This document shows positions 1-9,202 of a stretch of DNA of 40,871 nucleotides, one piece after another (position 1 is the stretch's first letter; each line of letters opens with the position of its first letter). The stretch is from a virus (lineage: Duplodnaviria > Caudoviricetes): positions 1 to 40,871 of the IMG/VR virus record IMGVR_UViG_3300030376_005400. One strand, written 5' to 3'. Position numbers and translations under genes: made by a program. Below the pieces are notes generated by a model that did not search any database, was not told the DNA's origin, and was given only the letters and a program-made list of their open reading frames with translations.

Positions 1-99
1 TTGGTCTTCTGACGACCAAACACCGTCACCTAAACTTCCATCAGCGTTCTGCCAAGTAGCAGTACCCCACACAGAAGCACTAGTACGACCAGTAATATC
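1..99. repeat. 99-bp terminal direct repeat, copy 1 (circular-assembly overlap)
   Basis: Identical to 40773-40871; a reading frame continues in frame across the junction. Confidence 0.95.
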
Positions 100-1431
100 C
101 ACAGGAAAAGTCTTAGCATAATCAGCAAAATCATAATCTTTATAGACTTCTACAGTCATTTGAAGCGAAGATTTGGCCAACGTCACCATTTGAGGCTTAC
201 CCCAACGCTTTTTGACTACAGGATTACGTGTAGATAACCAAGGAGTAACAAAATGCGAAGGAATGTTGTCCTCATTTGTGGCATATTTGTCAAAAACCCT
301 AGAATCATCATCATCTATGTGGATTAAACGCCCAGTATTAGTCACACAACCACCAACTAGCAAATGCTCAATATTAGGTGGATGATACGCAAACAGCGGA
401 CCAGCATCTATATCTGACATAATCCAAGCGCCTTGCTGCCCCAAAGAAGGATCATAAACAAATGTCCTTCTGGTGGTTGAACCATCTCCAGTCCAATCAA
501 CAGTTACATAAAGCTTTTCATTTGCCCACGCCAATTGCGGTGGATTTGCAAATGTTATACGCCCATCATCTATAGCAGGGCGAAGTTTATCAAAAAGATA
601 AGCCGTTCCGTTTTGCCCTAATACATGTACGCCTGAACGATCATGCCAAAAGAAAACACCGTAAGGTGAAGCAACAGGGCTAGATAAAGGTATTGAACCA
701 ACTGTTTTAGTTAAGTTAACCAGTTGAAAACTATCACTATCAAACCCATAGATAGCATAAATAGAATTAGACTTAAAAACGACAAGCTTATCGCCAGCAG
801 GTACGACCCCAGTAATGTAATCCCCTGCTTCTCCTTTATCCACGTCCACATAATCTGCTGCTGCCCACTTTTCTGCATCGTTAAGGTTAGACCACCTTAA
901 CCGATATTTTGTGTTTCCGCCTTCGTAGGTGTTCCCAACCCAAACATGGTTATTCCATTGGGCAACATATTGCGCTTGTGGAAACTGACCTGCGGAACCA
1001 TTGAGTGTCGTACCCAAATCCGCATCAGTGCTTCCATCCCATTTAAAAGAAACTTTGTCATAAGAAACTCCATACGTAACATTATTAAATGTTATCCCAT
1101 AAACTCTAGAACCATCTGTCCTGTCAGTAATGTTTGTCAGGTTTGTGAAATTTCCAGAAGCTGAATGAGCGACTTTAGTTCCGTAATTGACCATTACACG
1201 GTTAGTGCCACCATCAGTATGGAACCCCCAGATGCCTTTAATGTCTGCGCTTAATGCAGTTGCATTACGGCGAATAACGCCGTTACGCAATTGCACACCG
1301 CCACGAGGGTCCACAGTAACGTTAAACAAATCAGGTGATTCGTCATCAGCTAAATCAAATTGGTCAGCACGAAAATTTAGACCGCCAGAAAAAGATTCCA
1401 ACATTTGAAGTTGGAAATCACGTTTAGACAT
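1..1431 (-). CDS. Tail tubular protein B / head-tail stabilisation-like protein, 5' part (continues across the origin to stop at 40629; ~524 aa)
   Basis: Not in the ORF track. ATG at 1431 gives MSKRDFQLQMLESFSGGLNFRADQFDLADDESPDLFNV..., in frame with the 40629..40844 ORF after circularisation. FSGGLN N-terminus and position after the adaptor are typical of podovirus nozzle proteins. Confidence 0.75.
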   Translation of the reverse strand, partial: MSKRDFQLQMLESFSGGLNFRADQFDLADDESPDLFNVTVDPRGGVQLRNGVIRRNATALSADIKGIWGFHTDGGTNRVMVNYGTKVAHSASGNFTNLTNITDRTDGSRVYGITFNNVTYGVSYDKVSFKWDGSTDADLGTTLNGSAGQFPQAQYVAQWNNHVWVGNTYEGGNTKYRLRWSNLNDAEKWAAADYVDVDKGEAGDYITGVVPAGDKLVVFKSNSIYAIYGFDSDSFQLVNLTKTVGSIPLSSPVASPYGVFFWHDRSGVHVLGQNGTAYLFDKLRPAIDDGRITFANPPQLAWANEKLYVTVDWTGDGSTTRRTFVYDPSLGQQGAWIMSDIDAGPLFAYHPPNIEHLLVGGCVTNTGRLIHIDDDDSRVFDKYATNEDNIPSHFVTPWLSTRNPVVKKRWGKPQMVTLAKSSLQMTVEVYKDYDFADYAKTFPVDITGRTSASVWGTATWQNADGSLGDGVWSSEDQ

Positions 1432-1436
1432 CTAAA

Positions 1437-2162
1437 TCACCATCTAACCCCACCAGTACTTGCATAGCGCAATTGACCAGTTCCAATCATGTACCTAGTA
1501 GAGGTACGTGAATTAGCTATCATTGGTTGCGGAGCAGGAGCGTCAGCGTAACGCCTAGCAACATTATCTAACTCCATTGCATATTGCTGCATGTACTGAT
1601 TAGACATAACAGGGTCTTCTTGCTGTAAATAAGCTTTAGCAATTGTGTACGTTGTTAGAACAGGGTGAAATGGATTAGGTAAATCAGGCGTTTCAGTCCC
1701 TGCAGCACTTGTTGCACTACTAGGAAAATCTGTAGGATAACGTACACAACGAACATAAATAGTTTCCACCGAATCGGGAGTGGGATAGAACCTAACGGTG
1801 TCATTCCAGAAACTCCATTCCCAAGGATCACTACTTGTTGAGACATTTAAAGGGTTATCACGATCACCTTCGTCACGACCTATATACGTCATAACGTGAT
1901 CATCGTCCCTTATAGAAATTAAATCACGGATTCCTTGCGTAACGCTTGCTCCCATTGTCGCTAACGTATAATCAGAAGTGCCAGCAACAGTCTGAAACGT
2001 TGTTTCCGTTTCGTAAAACGGCCAACGTTTTTCACTGTAAGCAATAGTGTCATACCCCTGTCCTATAATGCGATTAAGTACAGTGTCACTAATGTCGCTT
2101 GAATCTATATCTATTACATCACGAGTTTGATTACGTATGTCATCTAGGGTCATTGCAGGCAT
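1437..2162 (-). CDS. Head-tail adaptor / tail tubular protein A-like
   Basis: 241 aa; MTLDDIR start, TVAGTSDY, RFYPTPD and PDLPNPFH motifs; located after the capsid gene. Confidence 0.7.
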   Translation of the reverse strand: MPAMTLDDIRNQTRDVIDIDSSDISDTVLNRIIGQGYDTIAYSEKRWPFYETETTFQTVAGTSDYTLATMGASVTQGIRDLISIRDDDHVMTYIGRDEGDRDNPLNVSTSSDPWEWSFWNDTVRFYPTPDSVETIYVRCVRYPTDFPSSATSAAGTETPDLPNPFHPVLTTYTIAKAYLQQEDPVMSNQYMQQYAMELDNVARRYADAPAPQPMIANSRTSTRYMIGTGQLRYASTGGVRW

Positions 2163-2431
2163 TATTCAGCCTCGTTTAAAAATTTTTCAAATTGTTGTGT
2201 GTGACCTGCACACAACTGCGTTCCTTTAATTGGATGAGCTTTGCAGTCGCTTCCAGCTTTAGTTTGCCCTGAGCAAGAAGCAGGTTCTAAAGGCATTTCA
2301 GCAAACTCAGAAACACCAGCAACTTGACGTATATTGCCAGACTTTCCGTGTGCTGCTCCCCCAACTGGTCTACCGTCTTGACCTGCAGGTCTTGCGTTTG
2401 AATTGTAAGCTAGTGCGTTTGCTCTCATCAT
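2162..2431 (-). CDS. Small protein with C-terminal CCCH-type zinc-binding motif
   Basis: CSGQTKAGSDCKAHPIKGTQLCAGH. Confidence 0.65.
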   Translation of the reverse strand: MMRANALAYNSNARPAGQDGRPVGGAAHGKSGNIRQVAGVSEFAEMPLEPASCSGQTKAGSDCKAHPIKGTQLCAGHTQQFEKFLNEAE

Positions 2432-2433
2432 GC

Positions 2434-2479
2434 TCCGATCTGACTAGTGGGGAGGCCACCTGCCTCCCCACCAATCGGA
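2434..2479 (-). promoter_or_regulatory. GC-rich stem-loop after the capsid gene (attenuator or stabiliser)
   Basis: GTGGGGAGGC-cacct-GCCTCCCCAC (2447-2471) plus outer TCCGAT/ATCGGA; no U-tract on the minus strand. Confidence 0.6.
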
Positions 2480-2483
2480 TTTA

Positions 2484-3440
2484 TTAGTCAGTCAACCCAG
2501 AAAGAACACCTTGTCGTGCTCTGTTGCTAGTTGTGAGGTTACCGTAAGACAAGATTTGCGCATAGCGTGCATCTTGGTTAGTTGGACGTACAAACGGTGT
2601 TGGCTTGAACCAAACATCGCTGTGTGCAACTAGACGGATGTACTTCGTGTTTAGGAAGTACATTTTACCTGCTAGGTTTGAGTCGCCATCATAGGTGCAT
2701 GGAGCGCCTTTGAAGAGAAGGTTTTGGAACCCTGCATCTGCAACTGTTGCATCGGTGTACCGAAGCTGTGGCTGTAGAAGAGATTCGTACTTCTCGTACT
2801 CATCCTGATCGCTGATAATCATTGTAGGTTGGTCGTTACCAACTGAAACGTTATTGTACATTGTTGACATTCCAGCAAGTGTAAGTGCTCCACCTACGTT
2901 AGTAGCTGAAGATCTCCACCATGAGTTGTCAGAATCAGAAGCATCAATGCCACCAATCTGAGCAGACCCTGCTCCGTCATTGCTTGTACCGACTATAGCA
3001 TCAAGCCCTAGCCAGTCTTTGCCTGCACCGTTTGAGTAAAACATGGTGTTCATGTTTTCAATAACAGTTTCTTCGGCTTGCATGATCTTGCCCTCTAGGA
3101 GGTCAATGATCGCAGCTTCGCCATTGTTTTTGGCTTCTTCAATACCTGTGATGGTGACAGTTACTGCATACTGTTTCCAGTCGTACTCAGCAGCGGTTAT
3201 ACCGTCCTGAGCATCAATGCTAATAGAGTCAGCACCACTGTACGAAGCAGCGGTTGAGTTTTTCCCATAAATGATAGGGACAACGATCTTTGCACCGCCA
3301 CTCACACGCCGAACGGTTTGACCGTTCGTTAATGCGTAGAACAATGGACGTGCAGAGAAAATGTTGTCCGTCAACTTGGGAACGTAGTTTTTCAGAGTCG
3401 TTGATAGAATCTGATCAAAAGCTGTATTTCCAGCAGTCAT
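2484..3440 (-). CDS. Major capsid protein
   Basis: 318 aa; DNIF..RPLF, GG..IVVPI.YG.N, A.YDWKQ and G.MYFLNT motifs; follows the scaffold gene. Confidence 0.9.
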   Translation of the reverse strand: MTAGNTAFDQILSTTLKNYVPKLTDNIFSARPLFYALTNGQTVRRVSGGAKIVVPIIYGKNSTAASYSGADSISIDAQDGITAAEYDWKQYAVTVTITGIEEAKNNGEAAIIDLLEGKIMQAEETVIENMNTMFYSNGAGKDWLGLDAIVGTSNDGAGSAQIGGIDASDSDNSWWRSSATNVGGALTLAGMSTMYNNVSVGNDQPTMIISDQDEYEKYESLLQPQLRYTDATVADAGFQNLLFKGAPCTYDGDSNLAGKMYFLNTKYIRLVAHSDVWFKPTPFVRPTNQDARYAQILSYGNLTTSNRARQGVLSGLTD

Positions 3441-3465
3441 ACTATTTCCTTATATTGTTAGTTGG

Positions 3466-4158
3466 TTAATTATTTTCTTGTAAAGCCAACTCGTATGCGT
3501 CACGTATTGAAGTAACCGCATTTACTGCCTTATCAATATTTCCAGCAGGAGTTCCCACTGAAGAATCTATGATTTGAGCATCACGCTTTTCTTGCACAAT
3601 ATCTGCTGTTGCAGAGTCCGTAGGACTCGGAACACCAGATTCAGTCTTAACAAATTGGTCATAAGTCATGTCCTTGTAAGCTGCCTTCAAATTAGGAATA
3701 TTGTGCTTAATAGCATGAGTAAAAAGTTTTTGTTGATCTATCTCAACACCATACTCTTCACTTAATTGCACTATTTCACGTTGCATATTCTGTTGTCTTT
3801 GCGCCCGATTTTGTTGTTCAATGGCAGATTCAAGTCGTCTCAAGCGAACTTCTTCGGGGTCCAAATCCTCAACATCCTCTGGTGTTTCGGTGTATTGGTT
3901 GCCCAGAGAAACCCCGAATGCGTTTCCTAGAGCCGATATGGCCCCTTCGGGATCACTCTCTAATGCTTGGACAATTGCCTCTCCTTGAGCCAATCTCTCA
4001 CGCTCGGCTGCCAATTCCTGCGTCTTACGTGTGTAATCAGCCTGACGTTGGTAGCCATTCTGAAGTTCCTGTATAGAAACTTCTTGTTCTACACCATCTA
4101 TTTTGACAGTGTAGCTAGGGTTGCTAGGGTTGCTGGTATTTTCCAGTTCTGCTTCCAT
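3466..4158 (-). CDS. Capsid scaffolding protein
   Basis: YTVKIDGVEQEVSIQELQNGYQRQADYTRKTQELA signature; coiled coil; between portal and capsid genes. Confidence 0.85.
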   Translation of the reverse strand: MEAELENTSNPSNPSYTVKIDGVEQEVSIQELQNGYQRQADYTRKTQELAAERERLAQGEAIVQALESDPEGAISALGNAFGVSLGNQYTETPEDVEDLDPEEVRLRRLESAIEQQNRAQRQQNMQREIVQLSEEYGVEIDQQKLFTHAIKHNIPNLKAAYKDMTYDQFVKTESGVPSPTDSATADIVQEKRDAQIIDSSVGTPAGNIDKAVNAVTSIRDAYELALQENN

Positions 4159-4180
4159 AATTGGAATCCTTTCGGTTATT

Positions 4181-4206
4181 CCTATAAATAATAAAAATGT
4201 GTCCCA
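4181..4206 (-). promoter_or_regulatory. Putative late promoter (TGGGACA-N7-ATTAT)
   Basis: Shared motif upstream of the scaffold/capsid unit. Confidence 0.55.
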
Positions 4207-6093
4207 TTACAAATTAGGCAATTCAAGGCCCATTTGACCTTGCAATTGACTTAGAAGCTCAGGGGGGACACCTCCAGTAGCTTCAAAAGCACCACCACCA
4301 GCACCTGCAGCAGGCGGACCGCCCATTCCACCAGCTATTGACGGTGGAGGGGCAGCGCCTTCAGGAGGGGTGGCAGCACCTTCAGGTCCAGCAGGCTGAG
4401 CCTGTTGAGACATGAACTTTTCAGGGTTTTTAACCCCAAATCCGTAAGAAAGCACGTATTTAGCTAATTCAGTAGGGTCAATAACTGTTCCCACCAAAGG
4501 ACCGACAGCGTTCATCAAAGAAATAGCTTGCTGTCTCCGTGCAGTTTCGTTATGTGGTTGAGTAGATCCACCTTCTACAGTAAAATCGTATTCTCCTAAA
4601 ATATCGTCTCTACTGTAAGCGACAAAATACTTTTCATCGTCTTTTCCTGTGATTCTTACCATTTGTGGACGAGTCATAAACTGTTGCATTAATTGCAGTA
4701 CTAGCCGAGCAACTTCACCAATGTTTATTTCAACCATTGCTAGCTTATCTGCTGCTCTGGCATTGCCAGCATCAGCGATAATGCTAGCTTCTGTTGCAGT
4801 ACGCCTAATTTCAGGCATTTGCCCACGAGAATACTCAGATACACCGCTAACAGTGTTTATGTCGTTTTCAATAATACCTGAATGGTTATACATTTCAGGA
4901 GCAAGCGGTACTTGCGCCAATGGTACAACCACTTCACCAAGGTTTCTATTTTCATCAACAACAGGTACAAACCTACCATCTTCATCTGATTCCAGCGCCT
5001 CACGTCCTTCAGGGCCGAAAGATCGCTCATGATACAGGTATTTGCGTGCATATCGTTTTCTATGATTAACCATCTGGGTACGAGTTTTATTAAGTTCTTC
5101 TTGAAGTGACTCAATAGCTTCTAAGTCACTCATAGGATAAAAAATGTCAGGAATGTCATAATTCCGTAACATTACAAAAGGATGCCCGAAGCTGTAAGGC
5201 ATCGGAGTAGGTTCAAGCAAGTAATCATCACCTGTGTCGGTGCAAACCGAAATCGTACCATTTTCTAAATCATAAAATTCGTATAAAGTTACACGATCTA
5301 CGAGTTCTTTATAACGGTCACGTTCATCATCGTTATCCCAACGAGATTTGATTCCACTATCTGCTTCAATTTTTCTACGAGTGCTTGATTTAAACCTTTT
5401 GTCTTTTTTGACTTCAGAAACTGGTCTTACAATTCTTTGTGCTATCCACTTTGCGTCCTCTATGCAAGTAGCTTCAGGATCAATCAACATATCAAATGGC
5501 GAAATGCGCTCAACAAAAGGCTGATCTTCCACTATGACCATAGTTGTGCTAGGTAAAGTGTCTAAAATGTCTTGATCAGAAGGCAACTCTCCAGCCATTT
5601 CAGGATTTGTAATAGCCACATCACGAATTTCTGCTACAGAAGTGTTGTATTCTTGTTGCATTTCTTCAGTGCTCATAGGGCGCTCTTCTTCAACGAACTT
5701 CCAACCTACTTTTAACCAGCCATGACCAAAGATTAAAAAATCTTTAACCATTCTACGAAACGGTTTACGGTAATCGTGGTGTCGCCAAAGATAATTAATA
5801 ACAGACTCAACAAATATAGCCCTGTCTTCATCGGCTTCTTTTGTAGCAGCAACCGTAATTTTAGGATGGTTAACAGCTACTGAAGGAGCGATAACATTAA
5901 CAGTGCTAAAAGCAAGATTAACAGATATGCGATCATTGGTAACTCCAAATTGGTGGTTATCAAAATAGGTTTTACCACGATACAGGTCAATCATACGCCT
6001 CCACTTAGCATCATACCCTTCATCGGTACGCCACTTTTGAGCCATACGTAAGCGTTGCTTTACCTGATCGTATTCATCTGCTTTATATGCCAT
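4207..6093 (-). CDS. Portal protein
   Basis: 628 aa; DFLIFGHGWLKVGW, ERISPFDMLIDP, SGVSEYSRG, RTATE motifs; Pro/Gly/Ala-rich C-tail; downstream of terminase. Confidence 0.9.
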   Translation of the reverse strand: MAYKADEYDQVKQRLRMAQKWRTDEGYDAKWRRMIDLYRGKTYFDNHQFGVTNDRISVNLAFSTVNVIAPSVAVNHPKITVAATKEADEDRAIFVESVINYLWRHHDYRKPFRRMVKDFLIFGHGWLKVGWKFVEEERPMSTEEMQQEYNTSVAEIRDVAITNPEMAGELPSDQDILDTLPSTTMVIVEDQPFVERISPFDMLIDPEATCIEDAKWIAQRIVRPVSEVKKDKRFKSSTRRKIEADSGIKSRWDNDDERDRYKELVDRVTLYEFYDLENGTISVCTDTGDDYLLEPTPMPYSFGHPFVMLRNYDIPDIFYPMSDLEAIESLQEELNKTRTQMVNHRKRYARKYLYHERSFGPEGREALESDEDGRFVPVVDENRNLGEVVVPLAQVPLAPEMYNHSGIIENDINTVSGVSEYSRGQMPEIRRTATEASIIADAGNARAADKLAMVEINIGEVARLVLQLMQQFMTRPQMVRITGKDDEKYFVAYSRDDILGEYDFTVEGGSTQPHNETARRQQAISLMNAVGPLVGTVIDPTELAKYVLSYGFGVKNPEKFMSQQAQPAGPEGAATPPEGAAPPPSIAGGMGGPPAAGAGGGAFEATGGVPPELLSQLQGQMGLELPNL

Positions 6094-6094
6094 A

Positions 6095-6364
6095 TTATGT
6101 CCAACGGTTCCCTACGTACTCTATTTTTCTGCCTTGAGCTTTCGCATCAGATATTACCTTACGTTCACGCTCTTTGAGCGTCATATCTTGTTCTTCTTTA
6201 GGCAAAATTGAACGTTCACCCTCAAAAGAGTACATTTGCAGGCTTAATGTCTTCTCACGAAAAGACCAACCTTCTTTGAGTGCTTGTTCAGAGATATTGG
6301 GTTCCCTTATTCTCTTATCTATGCAGTATTCCTCAAAGGTTGCATCGTGTGGCAACATTGCCAT
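6095..6364 (-). CDS. Hypothetical protein
   Basis: 89 aa, tightly packed in the late operon. Confidence 0.7.
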   Translation of the reverse strand: MAMLPHDATFEEYCIDKRIREPNISEQALKEGWSFREKTLSLQMYSFEGERSILPKEEQDMTLKERERKVISDAKAQGRKIEYVGNRWT

Positions 6365-6369
6365 AGGAA

Positions 6370-6630
6370 CTATATAGCTCCGCTAGGTTGTTTAGCAGAA
6401 GGTTCTACCCTGCCACCAAGACCATGCTGATTCTTAGGTGTTACACGAGGTGTTTTGTGATTTCCGCCCTCACCAACGCCTGAGCCAGAAGCTTCAGCGT
6501 TTTTGTGGGCTGATTGACCAGCGCCTCGTCCACTCGCAGGGCGAGCAGGACCATTGTATAGCATGGAAGTGTTGCCAAGACGAGGCTTTGCACCAGCTCC
6601 TACTTCATTGTATTTGGCATTAACCGCCAT
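6370..6630 (-). CDS. Gly/basic low-complexity hypothetical protein
   Basis: 86 aa; AAGGAG SD; own GGGACA motif upstream. Confidence 0.7.
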   Translation of the reverse strand: MAVNAKYNEVGAGAKPRLGNTSMLYNGPARPASGRGAGQSAHKNAEASGSGVGEGGNHKTPRVTPKNQHGLGGRVEPSAKQPSGAI

Positions 6631-6652
6631 TGGATCTCCTTAAATTAAATAT

Positions 6653-6678
6653 CCTAGTTATTAGATTACGCTGTCCCA
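6653..6678 (-). promoter_or_regulatory. Putative late promoter (TGGGACA-N7-CTAATA)
   Basis: TGGGACA GCGTAAT CTAATAACTAGG on the minus strand. Confidence 0.6.
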
Positions 6679-7334
6679 CGTCCTAAATGCTTTCCTATAA
6701 CGTTATCACCAAATTCAGAGTATTTAGGTATTTGACGCAGCCACCAATCAAAAGTAAACGTATCATCAACCTTTTCTACGTAATCAGGTACAAATGCGTA
6801 CTTACGCATTTGATTTGCTAGCGCTAACGCCATCACACGGTCATCATAAGGAGAGCCAGACATTTGACCCCTGTCATTTCGTGTATATGTCCTCAATTCA
6901 GCAATCGTGTTCTTGTCATACAGCTTTAACTCATAGTTTTTAAGAGCCATACCTAAATCATCAATCATTAACGGCTTAGATGTACGTGTAGTTTTCCACC
7001 CATATTCTTGAGTAACCCTTTGATCAACTTGATTCATTGTTCTTTTCCTAAACAAATTAGGATAACCAAGTTGCCTAAGTTGAGTAATAGTCGTAAGGCC
7101 GTGGTTGTTTGCCTCAACACAACACAAGGCATCGCTATACCATAACCCAATCTTCAAAACCTCATGCGCTAATTCATCTGGCGGTATGCGTCCATGCCAT
7201 ATCGCCACTTGCTCCCCTGTGCGCACATCCAAAACCTGTACACACGAATAATCGCCATGCCCTAAGCCCTCAGCAGTATCTACCCCTAAAACGTATCCGC
7301 TAAAGTTTTTTGGTTTTTCCCAAACAGTTAACAT
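6666..7334 (-). CDS. terL: Terminase large subunit, nuclease (RNase H-like) domain as a separate gene
   Basis: YVLGVDTAEG..DYS, VEANNHG, DDRVMALALA; GGAG 5 nt before ATG. Confidence 0.9.
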   Translation of the reverse strand: MLTVWEKPKNFSGYVLGVDTAEGLGHGDYSCVQVLDVRTGEQVAIWHGRIPPDELAHEVLKIGLWYSDALCCVEANNHGLTTITQLRQLGYPNLFRKRTMNQVDQRVTQEYGWKTTRTSKPLMIDDLGMALKNYELKLYDKNTIAELRTYTRNDRGQMSGSPYDDRVMALALANQMRKYAFVPDYVEKVDDTFTFDWWLRQIPKYSEFGDNVIGKHLGRGTA

Positions 7335-8215
7335 CTGAACTCCACAACTCTCGGATACGGCTCATGCAAATGGCCTTCTCGGCCAGCTCTAACATGGTGC
7401 TCAATAGATTCCAAAGCGTCAAGATCAAATACAGGGTTACCAGAGCGAACGAATGCCTCTTCAGGGGAAGTTGGGTATTCCTGTGCGAGTTGCCAAGGCA
7501 ACATAGCGTCTTTTTTACCTTCATACCATGAATCATCTCTATCCTCAGATGCAGACCAAGGAAAAAACATAGGATCAAAGTTGTTATTGCCAGTTACCGC
7601 ACCTGTCCACAAATTGTGGAAGAAATTACCCGAACCGTTTGCTGTAGAAAGTCCAATAATACGACCCCCCACATCAGCAACAGGCTCAATAGAGGCCCAA
7701 GCCTCCTCTGGGTTAGGTAAAAACGCCCATTCATCCACAACAATAAGTGTTGCAGACTCTCCACGAGCAGGATCAGAAGCGGAAGGCATACTAGTAATCT
7801 GCGAACCGTTAGAGAACCCCATCCTTTGCTGGTGCTCAACTTCCGATTTAGGACCACGTTCAACCATCCACTTTGGCAAATGCTTAAATCCATACTTAGT
7901 TTTCCTTAACAACAAGACCGCCTCACGTTCAGTACGTGAAAGGTCAATAATATTTTGGTCATCATGGAAATATGCCAACCAGAACTGATGAGCAGCTACT
8001 AACGTAGTCCAACCTATCTGCCTAGCTTTAAGTGTTAGCGAATATCTTTCATCTCGCCATCGGGTGAGAGCTTCTTTCTGAGCCTCACGTAATCCAAAAA
8101 GTATGCGACCATGAGCAGGGTGAGCAATACTCCAATAGTTTTGAAGAAAATAGTCCTCGCTCTTGACACAGTTCCTCCACTCGGCTTCTTGCCGAAGCTC
8201 CGTAATACGAGCCAC
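7328..8215 (-). CDS. terL: Terminase large subunit, ATPase domain
   Basis: LKARQIGWTT (Walker A region), LIVVDEWAF (Walker B), STANG coupling motif, QEYP..PEEAF. Confidence 0.9.
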   Translation of the reverse strand: MARITELRQEAEWRNCVKSEDYFLQNYWSIAHPAHGRILFGLREAQKEALTRWRDERYSLTLKARQIGWTTLVAAHQFWLAYFHDDQNIIDLSRTEREAVLLLRKTKYGFKHLPKWMVERGPKSEVEHQQRMGFSNGSQITSMPSASDPARGESATLIVVDEWAFLPNPEEAWASIEPVADVGGRIIGLSTANGSGNFFHNLWTGAVTGNNNFDPMFFPWSASEDRDDSWYEGKKDAMLPWQLAQEYPTSPEEAFVRSGNPVFDLDALESIEHHVRAGREGHLHEPYPRVVEFRC

Positions 8216-8322
8216 TAGTAACCTCTAGCTCGCCCCATACCCTTAGACTTGCTTTTGGACTTCTTTCTAGCTTTAGAAGACTTACTCTTCATACCGCTAT
8301 ATCCACCTTTACCTTTAGGCAT
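8215..8322 (-). CDS. 35-aa Lys/Ser/Arg-rich basic peptide
   Basis: Not in the ORF track: MPKGKGGYSGMKSKSSKARKKSKSKSKGMGRARGY*. It fills the gap exactly and overlaps both neighbours. Confidence 0.7.
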   Translation of the reverse strand: MPKGKGGYSGMKSKSSKARKKSKSKSKGMGRARGY

Positions 8323-8761
8323 TTTCCACCAACCTTAATGTTCCAATCGTAGCCTCAAGCGCATCAGCCAACTCATTATCAGACATAGAAGCTACATCAC
8401 GATCCTCAGTTACGGCCACCCTACGTTTAGGCGTAAATTTATCAATATACTGTAAGTAAAGGCTTGCAGCCTTTACATCACCATCGGCAGCACGCTGCCA
8501 AAGAGCATCTATGACGCTCTGAACCCTTTCAGGGTTAATGTTGAGTTCGGCTGCACGCCGATCCCATTCTTTAATGAACCTAGGGTCTTTCTTAATTCGT
8601 CTTACAGAGTCCTCATGTAGGTCGTTTTGTCTCGCCCACTCACGTTGTGTGTAAGGCTCCCTTTCTGGACCTTGCAAGAGCCAGTCTAATAGTCTTAGCC
8701 AGTGGTCTGGCATAACCTTTAGGCCTGTCTCAGGATCTGTTTTCCAATTATTCTTTCCCAT
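8315..8761 (-). CDS. Putative terminase small subunit (HTH)
   Basis: HTH-like TQREWARQNDLHEDSVRRIKKDPRF and GDVKAASLYLQ; start moved to ATG 8761 with AGGAG SD; upstream of TerL. Confidence 0.65.
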   Translation of the reverse strand: MGKNNWKTDPETGLKVMPDHWLRLLDWLLQGPEREPYTQREWARQNDLHEDSVRRIKKDPRFIKEWDRRAAELNINPERVQSVIDALWQRAADGDVKAASLYLQYIDKFTPKRRVAVTEDRDVASMSDNELADALEATIGTLRLVENA

Positions 8762-8769
8762 AGTTTCTC

Positions 8770-8850
8770 CTACCTTGTTAGCGTAATTGTCCCATTCGTG
8801 CTTTACAAGTAATCTAATAAAATACTGGGACACTTCGCACTAATAGGTAC
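8770..8850. promoter_or_regulatory. Divergent pair of GGGACA motifs
   Basis: Minus: TGGGACA ATTACG CTAACA (from 8794). Plus: TGGGACA CTTCGCA CTAATA (from 8826). Confidence 0.6.
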
Positions 8851-9202
8851 TAAGTACTTAGAACAAAATTTCGTTTCTCCAAAGAAAAAGAAATTTTGGT
8901 ACTGGGTAATCTTATATCGCTAACAGCACTTTGTGATAGCCAGAGCTTCTAAAAACCAAACGCAACGGATATGGATTAATAATTATTATAGGAAACAAAG
9001 TGGTGGGGGGCCATAGGGGTGGGTCGGTCAGTCCCTGTGCATAATGCGCACCGACTGGTCAGTCTTCTCACGCCAATTCCTTCGCACAAGAAGAAAACTA
9101 GTCCTGACCTGCTGTTTCTTCTGCTCCAGTCCTGCAGTTATGTGGGGGGATCTGCGCAGGTAACCGTACAACTGGAGAGAGCTGAACCCGATCTGGTCTG
9201 GC

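Noticed and set aside
1-99. 99-bp repeat as a biological terminal repeat
   Set aside because: It falls mid-gene and its length matches a common assembler k-mer; it is best read as circular overlap.
897-1408. Short track ORFs (897-1082, 946-1164, 1187-1408)
   Set aside because: Shadows of the origin-spanning minus-strand gene. The other antisense or nested track ORFs were rejected on the same grounds.
7328-7360. Programmed frameshift joining the TerL halves
   Set aside because: No slippery heptamer in the short shared open window, and the downstream half has its own SD and ATG.
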